From a virus (taxonomy: Duplodnaviria; Caudoviricetes), in IMG/VR virus record IMGVR_UViG_3300042539_001740: a DNA stretch of 64,000 nucleotides, one strand, 5' to 3'. Position numbers and translations under genes: made by a program. How positions within the stretch are numbered: position 1 is the first letter of the stretch; each line of letters starts with the position of its first letter. Below the pieces are notes generated by a model, which saw nothing but the letters and a program-made list of their open reading frames with translations, ran no database searches and was not told the DNA's origin. Positions 27,151 to 35,087 of this stretch are shown one piece after another.

Positions 27151-27630
27151 ATGAAAACGAAAACACCATACATATCATCATCAGTCGCCATCAAAGGGAT
27201 TGCAGAATCGAAGTTAGCTCAAAGTGAGAAAGACGATTGTGTCGTCAGAGCCTTTGCTTCAGCGTTTGGAGTTACTTACGACTACGCTCACAAAAAAGTG
27301 GCAGAGGTTTTTGGTAGAAAAAATAGACAAGGGACTGCACTCTTTGGTTTAACTATGAATGCACTTGCGTCAAAACAGATAAAGTTCAATCGTAAAGGTG
27401 TTACACCAATTAGAGAAGATATTCAAATGGCATATTGGGTTGAGGTGAAAGGAAGAAATGTTTTGAGAAATATGACAACAGCTAAGTTCTTGGAAAAGTA
27501 TTCAAAAGGAACTTACATTGTTACAATCAAGGGTCATGCTTTCACAATCAAAGATGGAGTTGTAATTGGAAACACAGAAGATGCACTACAGAGAAAAAAA
27601 GTTATCTATGGTGCTTGGAAAATTGGATAA
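27151..27630 (+). CDS. Hypothetical protein with Cys...His pair (papain-like fold possible)
   Basis: DDCVVRAFASAFG; GHAFTIKDGVV. Confidence 0.6.
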   Translation: MKTKTPYISSSVAIKGIAESKLAQSEKDDCVVRAFASAFGVTYDYAHKKVAEVFGRKNRQGTALFGLTMNALASKQIKFNRKGVTPIREDIQMAYWVEVKGRNVLRNMTTAKFLEKYSKGTYIVTIKGHAFTIKDGVVIGNTEDALQRKKVIYGAWKIG

Positions 27631-27683
27631 GATTGTTTAACTTTGTAAAGTTCATTGACATAGAGGGAAGAATTAATACAAAA

Positions 27684-27760
27684 GAGCTATTGGTGTAGGG
27701 GTTTAACATTTCAGCTTGTCACGCTGAAGACCAGGGGTTCGAATCCCCTATAGCTCGCCA
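27684..27760 (+). tRNA. tRNA-Asp(GUC)
   Basis: TCAGC-ttGTCac-GCTGA; encoded CCA. Confidence 0.93.
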
Positions 27761-27768
27761 ACAAATAT

Positions 27769-27840
27769 GGCCCGTTCGTATAATGGTTAGTACTCCAGAT
27801 TTTCATTCTGGCAATAGGGTTTCGACTACCCTACGGGCTA
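27769..27840 (+). tRNA. tRNA-Glu(UUC)
   Basis: CCAGA-ttTTCat-TCTGG. Confidence 0.92.
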
Positions 27841-27848
27841 CAAATATA

Positions 27849-27920
27849 TGCAAAGAAGTGTAGTGGTTGCACATTGGGCTCATAACCCAAAGGTAAAAGG
27901 TTCGATTCCTTTCTTTGCGT
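27849..27920 (+). tRNA. tRNA-fMet(CAU), initiator-like
   Basis: TTGGG-ctCATaa-CCCAA (three G-C pairs); weak 1:72 pair. Confidence 0.85.
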
Positions 27921-27929
27921 CAAACACAA

Positions 27930-28004
27930 TGCAGGATGGACTGGAAGTGGTTCCAGCTCGGTCTCATAAGCCGTACCATACGGGTTCGACTCCCGTTCCT
28001 GCAT
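27930..28004 (+). tRNA. tRNA-Met(CAU), elongator-like
   Basis: CGGT-ctCATaa-GCCG; TGCAGGA/TCCTGCA. Confidence 0.85.
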
Positions 28005-28015
28005 CAATTTATAAT

Positions 28016-28100
28016 GGGAGTGCGCCGAAGCTGGAGAGTCGGGGATGACTGTAAATCATTTGCATTAGCTGAGGGGGTTCGAATCCCTCCATTCCCACCA
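28016..28100 (+). tRNA. tRNA-Tyr(GUA)
   Basis: GATGA-ctGTAaa-TCATT; long variable arm; CCA. Confidence 0.93.
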
Positions 28101-28116
28101 CAAAAAAAGAAAAACT

Positions 28117-28638
28117 ATGAATAGAACGCCAAACAAAAGTGGTGGGGGTGCAAACACAAATGTTAACGGATTACATTTTGAAGCTACAACACACCTAAAA
28201 AAATTGTTAGTGGAACAAAGTGATTATGTGATGGATAATCAAGACCAAATTGTAAAAAATGGTATAATTGTCGGTGAATATTTTGAGAAATATGGTCTGT
28301 ACAAAAAATTGTTAAGTAGATATAATATTGACCACAATACGATTATCAGTAAAAAACTTTTACCTGATGCTGCAATATTAGTGGGGAATACCATCTACAT
28401 AATTGAAAAGAAATACCAAAATGGTGCCGGTTCTGTTGATGAGAAATTACAAACTTGTAATTTCAAAAAAAGACAATATAAAAAATTGTTTAGTCCAATC
28501 GGTATCCAAGTTGAGTACTATTATGTCTTAAGTAATTTTTTCAATAAAGATTGTTATAAGGATGTTTTTGAATATATAACAGATGTTGGTTGTAAATATT
28601 TCTTTGAGGTTTTACCTTTGGAGGAAATTGGGTTATAA
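28117..28638 (+). CDS. PD-(D/E)XK restriction-endonuclease-like protein
   Basis: LLPDAAIL...YIIEKKYQ...GSVDEKLQT. Confidence 0.7.
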   Translation: MNRTPNKSGGGANTNVNGLHFEATTHLKKLLVEQSDYVMDNQDQIVKNGIIVGEYFEKYGLYKKLLSRYNIDHNTIISKKLLPDAAILVGNTIYIIEKKYQNGAGSVDEKLQTCNFKKRQYKKLFSPIGIQVEYYYVLSNFFNKDCYKDVFEYITDVGCKYFFEVLPLEEIGL

Positions 28639-28646
28639 ATAAAAAT

Positions 28647-28724
28647 GGGGGCACATGTACCAAGACTTGGCGATGGATATTTGCAATATCTGTGAGGTGA
28701 GTTTGATTCTCACTGTCTCCACCA
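28647..28724 (+). tRNA. tRNA-Ala(UGC), T-loop TTTGATT
   Basis: GGATA-ttTGCaa-TATCT; G3:U70; CCA. Confidence 0.88.
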
Positions 28725-28737
28725 AAAAAATTGTTTT

Positions 28738-29334
28738 ATGAAGAAAATTAGTTTATTATTGTTATGTGTTATTTTATTAACTTCCTTTTCAACCCCACCT
28801 TTGAGGGTATTATTCATCGGTGATAGTTTAACTTGTTATACTGGTGGTTGGCAAGATATGGTAGCCAAGGAATTCGGTTATCAGAGTTTAAATAAATCAA
28901 GTGGTGGAAAGAGAACGGATTGGATGAGATTAACACTTAACGACCATTTGAAGAGAGATTCAATGTTTACCAGTGTGTTTATTTATGGGGGTTGTAATGA
29001 TGCTTTTTCTTATGTGAACTTACAGGGTGCCGTTAATAATATACAGATGATGGTTGATTCTTGTAATAGGAGGGGGATTAAACCGATTGTTATTGTTGGA
29101 TATGACCCCATCAAAGTTATGGTTAGAACTGTATATGGTACTGAGACCACTGATAGATGTAGAGCAAGGTATGTTGAATTTCAAAAATTGATGGTTGACC
29201 CAAAGACAGGTTTGAAAAATTGTCTTATAATTCCAAAGGATACATCTGTAACATTCAAAGATGCTGGTGATGGGGTTCATGTAAGTTTATCAGGACAAAA
29301 GAAGTTTGCGGATTGGGTAATTAAACATTTATGA
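28738..29334 (+). CDS. Secreted SGNH/GDSL hydrolase
   Basis: Signal peptide; FIGDSLT; GGCND; DGVH. Confidence 0.85.
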   Translation: MKKISLLLLCVILLTSFSTPPLRVLFIGDSLTCYTGGWQDMVAKEFGYQSLNKSSGGKRTDWMRLTLNDHLKRDSMFTSVFIYGGCNDAFSYVNLQGAVNNIQMMVDSCNRRGIKPIVIVGYDPIKVMVRTVYGTETTDRCRARYVEFQKLMVDPKTGLKNCLIIPKDTSVTFKDAGDGVHVSLSGQKKFADWVIKHL

Positions 29335-29579
29335 AAAAATATATTATAATTGGTATCGCATCATTTGTTATTGAGTTGGCCGCAACTATGTATATTGCAA
29401 CGGTTGCTGATAGAGATTTTATGATGATTTTTTGGGCTTGTATCGGGCCATTTTTGGGATTACCATTTGTTGGTTATATGGTTGAATCAAAGAATTGGAA
29501 TGAAAGAATCAAGATGGCCTTGGCATCCAGTATTGGTTATACTTTGGGTTCATTATTAATTTATTTGTTAAAAGTTTAA
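29331..29579 (+). CDS. Membrane protein
   Basis: Three hydrophobic helices. Confidence 0.6.
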   Translation: MKKYIIIGIASFVIELAATMYIATVADRDFMMIFWACIGPFLGLPFVGYMVESKNWNERIKMALASSIGYTLGSLLIYLLKV

Positions 29580-29581
29580 AG

Positions 29582-29854
29582 ATGAAATATTTAATTCCTT
29601 GTTTGTTTTTATTTTTTGTTTCATTTGTTTTATTAGCTTCAATTCTAAATAGAACAAACTATAATGAAATTGAAGATGGGGATATTGTTAAAAGATGTGT
29701 TATAGACACATTTTATGTTACAGAATCACCATCCACCATTGAATATGGGAAAAGATATCATTATTCAACAGATTGTGATGAGTTTGTTATAACCAAGAGA
29801 AATGATGTTTATAAGATTGGTGATACAATAACTTATGTTTATAAAAAGCGATAG
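29582..29854 (+). CDS. Hypothetical exported protein; stop codon lies inside tRNA-Gly
   Basis: N-terminal TM; TAG at 29852-29854. Confidence 0.6.
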   Translation: MKYLIPCLFLFFVSFVLLASILNRTNYNEIEDGDIVKRCVIDTFYVTESPSTIEYGKRYHYSTDCDEFVITKRNDVYKIGDTITYVYKKR

Positions 29855-29923
29855 TAGCTCAGTAGGTAGAGCATAATCTTGCCAAGATTAAAGTCGCAAG
29901 TTCGAATCTTGTCTATCGCTCCA
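29848..29923 (+). tRNA. tRNA-Gly(GCC)
   Basis: TAATC-ttGCCaa-GATTA; CCA. Confidence 0.93.
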
Positions 29924-29925
29924 TA

Positions 29926-30015
29926 AGGGACTCCCGTTTTAAGGTGAAGGACACACGGGCAGGTTATTGTAAAATAACTAAAAAACCTTAAGTCTATGGG
30001 TGGAAGTCCCTACCA
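29926..30015 (+). ncRNA. tRNA-sized RNA with acceptor-like stem and encoded ACCA end but no D/T loops
   Basis: AGGGACT/AGTCCCT-A-CCA; inner CCCGT/ACGGG, GGTTATT/AATAACT, TTAAGGT/ACCTTAA. Confidence 0.5.
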
Positions 30016-30028
30016 CCCAATTATAAAT

Positions 30029-30103
30029 GCCGGTAAAGCATAAGTGGTGATGTACTTGACTTGTAATCAAGATAATGGGGTTCGATTCCTCATACCGGCT
30101 CCA
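30029..30103 (+). tRNA. tRNA-Thr(UGU)
   Basis: CTTGA-ctTGTaa-TCAAG; CCA. Confidence 0.93.
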
Positions 30104-30120
30104 CTTTTTATTCAAATACT

Positions 30121-30351
30121 ATGGAATCACTTATGGAACAAATAAGATTGTCTCAGTTTAAGAACCTCAAAAATGGGGATAAAATCCATATCAAATCTCG
30201 TAATGGTATTTATACCTTTCTCAAAAAGGATAAATGGACAGGAGAAATCTATATAACTTGTAATAGGTGGAAATATGAAGAAAACCCTATAAGAGTTACA
30301 AGTTACAATGACTTCAAGTGTTTTGCTGGTGGTATTTGGAATCTAAGGTAA
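30121..30351 (+). CDS. Hypothetical protein
   Basis: ORF between tRNAs. Confidence 0.6.
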   Translation: MESLMEQIRLSQFKNLKNGDKIHIKSRNGIYTFLKKDKWTGEIYITCNRWKYEENPIRVTSYNDFKCFAGGIWNLR

Positions 30352-30355
30352 ATTA

Positions 30356-30426
30356 GCGGGTATAGCATAAAAGTAATGTTCTAGTCTTCCAAACTAGATA
30401 AGTTGGGGCGGTACCAACTATCCGCT
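30356..30426 (+). tRNA. tRNA-Gly(UCC), atypical T-loop GGCGGTA
   Basis: CTAGT-ctTCCaa-ACTAG; GTTGG/CCAAC T-stem. Confidence 0.85.
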
Positions 30427-30510
30427 CAAATATTTTCCCAAAAATATTCATCAAAGGTTGTGTAATTAAAAATCTATTTCTATATTTGTGAACACTTAAA
30501 CGGAAACACA

Positions 30511-30738
30511 ATGGCAAAAGAGAAAAAAACAATCCAAGTTCAAGAAATAAAAGATTATGCTAACTTGGTACTCAGTAACACCAATATATCTTTGGATGAA
30601 AAAATGGGGGTTATTACAATGATTGAACATATCTTACATAAATCTAATGCTTACAATGGTTTTATGTTTTTATCTCTACCTAATGGTAATGCTCCTGAGT
30701 TTTATACATATGAATGGGCGACAAGAAAATATTTCTAA
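30511..30738 (+). CDS. Hypothetical protein
   Basis: Follows the TATATTTG promoter at 30481. Confidence 0.65.
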   Translation: MAKEKKTIQVQEIKDYANLVLSNTNISLDEKMGVITMIEHILHKSNAYNGFMFLSLPNGNAPEFYTYEWATRKYF

Positions 30739-30741
30739 TGG

Positions 30742-30823
30742 TTGTGACACCTAATAATTCACAAGTAGTGGCTGACACTTAGATTGTTGCCTGACGTTAA
30801 GGTTTTGAATAGGAAAACCGAAA
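30742..30823 (+). ncRNA. Candidate structured RNA with GGTTTT-GAATAGG-AAAACC-GAAA module
   Basis: TTGTGA/TCACAA hairpin; module shared with 31851-31877. Confidence 0.4.
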
Positions 30824-30838
30824 AGTTTAAACAAACAA

Positions 30839-30919
30839 AGTCAGGTGGCAGAATTGGAGCTGCCAAGATGAGGTACACATCTGCGTTTATCGTCACAAGT
30901 TCGAATCCTGTCCTGACTA
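30839..30919 (+). tRNA. Aberrant tRNA-like RNA (Tyr-like GUA in loop AGGUACA, no U33)
   Basis: AGTCAGG/CCTGACT, GCAG/CTGC, AGATG/CATCT, T-loop TTCGAAT. Confidence 0.6.
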
Positions 30920-30951
30920 CTAACTTATTTAAAAAAATAAAAATTATAAAT

Positions 30952-31332
30952 ATGGAAAATATAATTTTAGAAGTAGGTAAAACTTACAAGAGTAGAGATG
31001 GTAGATTAGTAAAAATTATCAAGGGTAATCCACCAATAGAAGGGAAAAGAGATGGATGGGATGGAATTTATTTTGGTAAAAGCATTGACAATAAAAAACC
31101 AAAAATAGACCATGAAAGATATGTTTTTGATGGAAAGTGGTGGTCTTATATTTCTGACTTTTCAATGTTTGGTTATCAAGAATTATCTGACCCAGAAATG
31201 GATTTGGTGGAAGTCGTAAAAACAAAAGAAAAAAAAATAAAAGAAAAAAAAGGAAAAGAAAAAAATAAAAAAAAAAGAAAAAAAAAATTGACAAAAATTA
31301 ATATAAATAAAAGTTTACAACAATGGCACTAA
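30952..31332 (+). CDS. Hypothetical protein; 3' end runs into a low-complexity A tract
   Basis: MENIILEVGKTYKSRDG; likely start 30952 rather than 30784. Confidence 0.55.
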   Translation: MENIILEVGKTYKSRDGRLVKIIKGNPPIEGKRDGWDGIYFGKSIDNKKPKIDHERYVFDGKWWSYISDFSMFGYQELSDPEMDLVEVVKTKEKKIKEKKGKEKNKKKRKKKLTKININKSLQQWH

Positions 31333-31583
31333 TATATCTTATAGTAGATAGGGAAGATAAAATCCCAGTACTAACTGCAACGACAGTTGAAAAGGTCAAA
31401 CAACTCTTGGATGAGTATATGGGATTACCACCCTACTTTGAAGATAAGGATGTTGAATACTTGGGTTATTTTCCTTATGATAGTAGTTATCCCGACATAT
31501 ATGAGGGAACTTACAAGTATAGATATGGTGATGAAATACAAGAGTTCGGTTTGTATTGTATGGAAATAGATGCACTGAATTAA
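31323..31583 (+). CDS. Hypothetical protein
   Basis: Acidic, Tyr-rich ORF. Confidence 0.6.
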   Translation: MALIYLIVDREDKIPVLTATTVEKVKQLLDEYMGLPPYFEDKDVEYLGYFPYDSSYPDIYEGTYKYRYGDEIQEFGLYCMEIDALN

Positions 31584-31588
31584 AATTT

Positions 31589-31695
31589 AGCCAGGTGGCG
31601 GAATGGTAGACGCTATATGTTTTGGAAGGAGATAGGAATAGAACCTACCCTAAACCAGATAAAAGATTTTACAGGTTCGAATCCTGTCCTGACTA
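31589..31695 (+). tRNA. Aberrant Leu-like tRNA with greatly extended anticodon arm (loop AAUAGAA)
   Basis: Leu-type D arm GTGGCGGAATGGTAGACGC; ~50-nt arm tipped by TAGG-aaTAGaa-CCTA; 3' end identical to the 30839 RNA. Confidence 0.6.
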
Positions 31696-31696
31696 C

Positions 31697-31908
31697 AATG
31701 AGTAAGAGATACTCAGCAGTCTTTGGTTCAAGACTCATTTAACAATGAACTCGTTCAAATCGGACAACGGAATGCCGATTCTTAGGGTTAAAGGCGGCAG
31801 CACACCCCCTCCTTCGTATGTGTGACTTTTTTCAGTGGGGATGCCCAACAGGTTTTTTGAATAGGAAAAAACCGAAATAACTACTCACCAGTAATCTCAA
31901 GGTGGGGA
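31697..31908 (+). ncRNA. ~210-nt multi-hairpin RNA with possible pseudoknot
   Basis: AATGAGT/ACTCATT, AGTCTT/AAGACT, AATCGG/CCGATT, CACAC/GTGTG with CCCC-GGGG, GAATAGG hairpin, CACC/GGTG; no ORF. Confidence 0.55.
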
Positions 31909-31914
31909 AATTAT

Positions 31915-31988
31915 GCACCCATAGCTCAGCTGGATAGAGCAACTGCCTTCTAAGCAGTAGGTCTTTGGTTCGAATCCAAATGGGTGTA
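31915..31988 (+). tRNA. tRNA-Arg(UCU)
   Basis: ACTGC-ctTCTaa-GCAGT. Confidence 0.93.
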
Positions 31989-32002
31989 CTAAAACAAAAA
32001 TT

Positions 32003-32407
32003 ATGAAAAAAACGATTTTATTTCTATTATTATTTTTACCATTTTTAACATTTGCACAACTAGGTTTATCTCCCCAACAAATTGAAAAAAATCTAGGTAC
32101 AAATCACAAAACCGAATTCATTGATGGATTAAAGATTTTTACTTATTATTATGATATTGTGTATATGGACGAGAAACAATTGGAAAGTTATGGGTTCATT
32201 TTTGTTGAAAGTAATGGGGTAGAATATTGTGCAAATTGGAGTGTTTACAGACCAATCAAGATGTTAAACAAATCTTATAAAGATTTGGAGCCATATGTGA
32301 AAGTTGGTGAAAATGTTTGGGTTGATTATGTTACTGGTTCAAGGATGGAATTAAAAATAAATAGGAGTGAGGGTTTTCATTCAATACATGTTAATTATTT
32401 AAAATAG
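32003..32407 (+). CDS. Exported hypothetical protein
   Basis: Signal peptide MKKTILFLLLFLPFLTFA-Q. Confidence 0.7.
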   Translation: MKKTILFLLLFLPFLTFAQLGLSPQQIEKNLGTNHKTEFIDGLKIFTYYYDIVYMDEKQLESYGFIFVESNGVEYCANWSVYRPIKMLNKSYKDLEPYVKVGENVWVDYVTGSRMELKINRSEGFHSIHVNYLK

Positions 32408-32413
32408 AAAAAA

Positions 32414-32590
32414 ATGAAGTTCAAAGTAGGAGACAAGGTTTACAAACCAAAAGGGTATAAGTTCCCTGGTATCGTAGTGGCGGTATTTCAAACCACATCA
32501 GGTGAAACAAGAATTGTTGCTGAATTAATCGACAATGGAATGTTGCACATATTTAGTGAGAGTCAGTTGGAACTTGACATTAACAATTAA
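32414..32590 (+). CDS. Small SH3-like protein (58 aa, not in the ORF track)
   Basis: MKFKVGDKVYKPKGYKFPGIVVAVF. Confidence 0.65.
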   Translation: MKFKVGDKVYKPKGYKFPGIVVAVFQTTSGETRIVAELIDNGMLHIFSESQLELDINN

Positions 32591-32606
32591 AAAAATTAAA
32601 GTTGTG

Positions 32607-32849
32607 ATGAAAAACACCCCCATTCAAAATGTTATAGCAAAGTTAGAAAAACTTGTCAGAGAGTCCGAGGTTGGTACTGAGGAAAAACGGAAATTAAACT
32701 TGGCGATATCTTATCTTTGGGATGAGTTAGATAATGAAAGAAAAACGATGGTTGAAATTTTCGACCTAAGTAAACGAGAACATCCAACTCAAGTAACAGG
32801 TAAAATGTGGGTAAATAAACATTTTATGGATTATCAAAAATTTTTATGA
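32607..32849 (+). CDS. Hypothetical protein
   Basis: Likely start MKNTPIQ at 32607. Confidence 0.55.
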   Translation: MKNTPIQNVIAKLEKLVRESEVGTEEKRKLNLAISYLWDELDNERKTMVEIFDLSKREHPTQVTGKMWVNKHFMDYQKFL

Positions 32850-32981
32850 TGGAGAACAAGAATCAAGGAAAAAGTGAAGAACAAGTTAAGTTTTCTTTAC
32901 AGATGTTTGCAGGTACGATGTTAGCTTTAATTGTACTGGGTTTGGTATATCTCATTAAGTTGGGATTTGGTTTGTAATGTA

Positions 32982-33066
32982 GGTCGGGTGGTGAAATTGG
33001 TATCCACGCAACACTTAAACCGTTGTGGTCAGTAAGACCTTATGAGTTCGAGTCTCATCCCGACTA
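32982..33066 (+). tRNA. tRNA-Leu(UAA)
   Basis: CAAC(a)-ctTAAac-(c)GTTG; long variable arm GGTC-agtaa-GACC. Confidence 0.88.
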
Positions 33067-33073
33067 CAAAAAT

Positions 33074-33150
33074 ACCCCCTTGGCGGAATAGGTAGACGCG
33101 CATCATTTAGGATGATGTTTTGATTGAGAGTTCGATTCTCTCAGGGGGTA
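33074..33150 (+). tRNA. tRNA-Leu(UAG), short variable region
   Basis: CATCA-ttTAGga-TGATG; Leu-type D arm. Confidence 0.88.
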
Positions 33151-33239
33151 CAAAAATTATCTTATGCTTTATGTAATGTTAATTGTACTATTAATATTTT
33201 ATATGTTGGGATTTTTAGATACTGACATTTAGGATATTT

Positions 33240-33425
33240 ATGATAATGAAAAAGATATTAATATTATTTTTATTTTTTACACTTTCATCTTGTGTTGTAT
33301 TTCAAAGACCCTCTTGTCATTCTTATCCACAAGCGAGCTTAAGACACAAAATGAAAAGTCCAAATCTCAAAAAGAGGGGAAGTACACATAGAATGTTACC
33401 AATCCATATGAGAAACAGAGATTGA
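33240..33425 (+). CDS. Small lipoprotein
   Basis: Lipobox LSSC. Confidence 0.55.
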   Translation: MIMKKILILFLFFTLSSCVVFQRPSCHSYPQASLRHKMKSPNLKKRGSTHRMLPIHMRNRD

Positions 33426-33451
33426 TTTATTTACCACAATAATTTTTTCAA

Positions 33452-33667
33452 ATGAATATCCGTGTTTTACTTGTTTTACACCTAATGTTTTATATGTTGG
33501 GTGCTTATCATTTTGGTACTTTTAATATTTTCGAGTTTGAGGAGGTTAAAAGTATAATTATGAATTACTCACATGCAGATACTTCATTTTGTTTCTTGTT
33601 GACCTGTGAGGTTATAATTCTTATATTTTCATATCTAATATCAAAACACTTCTTCAATGAAAAATGA
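33452..33667 (+). CDS. Small membrane protein
   Basis: Two TM segments. Confidence 0.5.
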   Translation: MNIRVLLVLHLMFYMLGAYHFGTFNIFEFEEVKSIIMNYSHADTSFCFLLTCEVIILIFSYLISKHFFNEK

Positions 33668-33971
33668 CAAACTTGTAGTTAAAAAGAAACCAAATATAAC
33701 CACAATATATCCCCACGGAATATCTGAGCCATATGTAGTTTATATATTTCGTTCAGGATGGGAACAAAGATACCATATCATAAGTGAGTGGGGTGAAACT
33801 GATGAAACAACTCACAAACTTATGAAAGTTATTGAACTACTCGATTTCTATGGTATTGATGCAATTGACTTACCTTCTAAAGATTTACATTGTGTGAATA
33901 GGGAAGAAATCTTGAGTCATCCAAATGATGCAGATTTGGGAGAGTTTGTTCGAAAAAAGTTGTACGAATAA
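33657..33971 (+). CDS. Hypothetical protein
   Basis: Operon ORF. Confidence 0.6.
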   Translation: MKNDKLVVKKKPNITTIYPHGISEPYVVYIFRSGWEQRYHIISEWGETDETTHKLMKVIELLDFYGIDAIDLPSKDLHCVNREEILSHPNDADLGEFVRKKLYE

Positions 33972-34164
33972 AAAATTGTTTTTATATTTGTTGGACAAAC
34001 AAAGAACACTATGAAAACGAAGAATAAAATCAATATAACCCTGAATGCCATTGGTAATGGTGCTCGATTGGTATATTTAGAGAAGAACCCCCACGGTTTT
34101 TCAGCTGTGACTAAAGTTCATAAGAGTTCAAAACAATATTCTCGTAAAAACAAAAAACTGGTCT

Positions 34165-34587
34165 ATGAAATATAAAATCTATTTGGATGATGAAAGAACA
34201 CCTAATGACAAGGATTGGATTGTTGTTAGAAACTATGGGGCTTTCATCAAAAAAATCAACGAACTTGGTTTGGACAATGTTGATGTTATTTCATTTGACC
34301 ACGATTTGGGTGATACTGCGGTTGAGGAATATTTTAGAAATGTAATTAAAAAAGGAATATTGGATTATGATAACATCGAAGAAAAAACTGGATATGATGC
34401 AGCAAAATGGTTGGTTGGTCACTATATGGACAACTTTACAAGTCCTTTCCCTCAAATATATGTTCACTCCGCCAATCCTGTTGGAGCTGCTAATATTGTT
34501 AATTATATTAATGGTTTCTTAAAACATTTGGATAAGGAACAAACCGCAAAATTGAAAGTTCATCCGTTCACCATTCAAGAAAAATAA
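34165..34587 (+). CDS. Cyclic-phosphate-processing receiver-like domain protein
   Basis: IYLDDERTP, ISFDHDLG, TGYDAAKWL, YVHSANPVG. Confidence 0.75.
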   Translation: MKYKIYLDDERTPNDKDWIVVRNYGAFIKKINELGLDNVDVISFDHDLGDTAVEEYFRNVIKKGILDYDNIEEKTGYDAAKWLVGHYMDNFTSPFPQIYVHSANPVGAANIVNYINGFLKHLDKEQTAKLKVHPFTIQEK

Positions 34588-34589
34588 TA

Positions 34590-35081
34590 ATGAATATCTT
34601 CTTTTTAGATTATGATGTCATCAAGTGTGCAAGATATCATTGTGATAAACATTGTGTTAAACAACTATTGGAGGCGGCTCAACTTTTGTGTGGTGCTCAC
34701 CATGTTACAAACTCAGGTTTAGATATTCCATATAAATTATCACACAAAAACCACCCCTGTTCAATATGGGTTAGAGAGTCATTATCTAACTATTATTACC
34801 TATGTGAATTGGGGTTGGAGTTGTGTAAAGAATACACTTATCGTTATGGTAAAAGACATAAATCACAAGATGTTATTGAATGGTGTGTGATGAATCCAAT
34901 TAATGTAAAAGATAAGGATTTCACTGAACCACCCAAAGCAATGCCTGATGAATATAAGGTTAAGGATGTAATTCAATCATATAGAAACTATTATATTGGT
35001 GCAAAAAAAGATTTTGTTTCTTGGAAAAATCGTGATGTTCCCTCTTGGTTTTGTGAAGAAAATAACTTACAATTAGTATAA
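34590..35081 (+). CDS. Pyrimidine dimer DNA glycosylase / endonuclease V family
   Basis: MNIFFLD...HCDKHCVKQLLEAAQLLC, HKNHPCSIWVRES, YRNYY. Confidence 0.8.
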   Translation: MNIFFLDYDVIKCARYHCDKHCVKQLLEAAQLLCGAHHVTNSGLDIPYKLSHKNHPCSIWVRESLSNYYYLCELGLELCKEYTYRYGKRHKSQDVIEWCVMNPINVKDKDFTEPPKAMPDEYKVKDVIQSYRNYYIGAKKDFVSWKNRDVPSWFCEENNLQLV

Positions 35082-35087
35082 AATATT

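Noticed and set aside
30790-30823. CTGACG + hairpin + GAAA as a hammerhead ribozyme
   Set aside because: The core reads CTGACGTTAA, not CUGANGA, and the second copy lacks it entirely.
31221-31288. ~70-nt almost pure A/G tract extending ORF 30952 with a Lys-rich tail; considered as a DGR variable region
   Set aside because: No template repeat or reverse transcriptase in the window; more likely a consensus or assembly artefact, or degenerate sequence.
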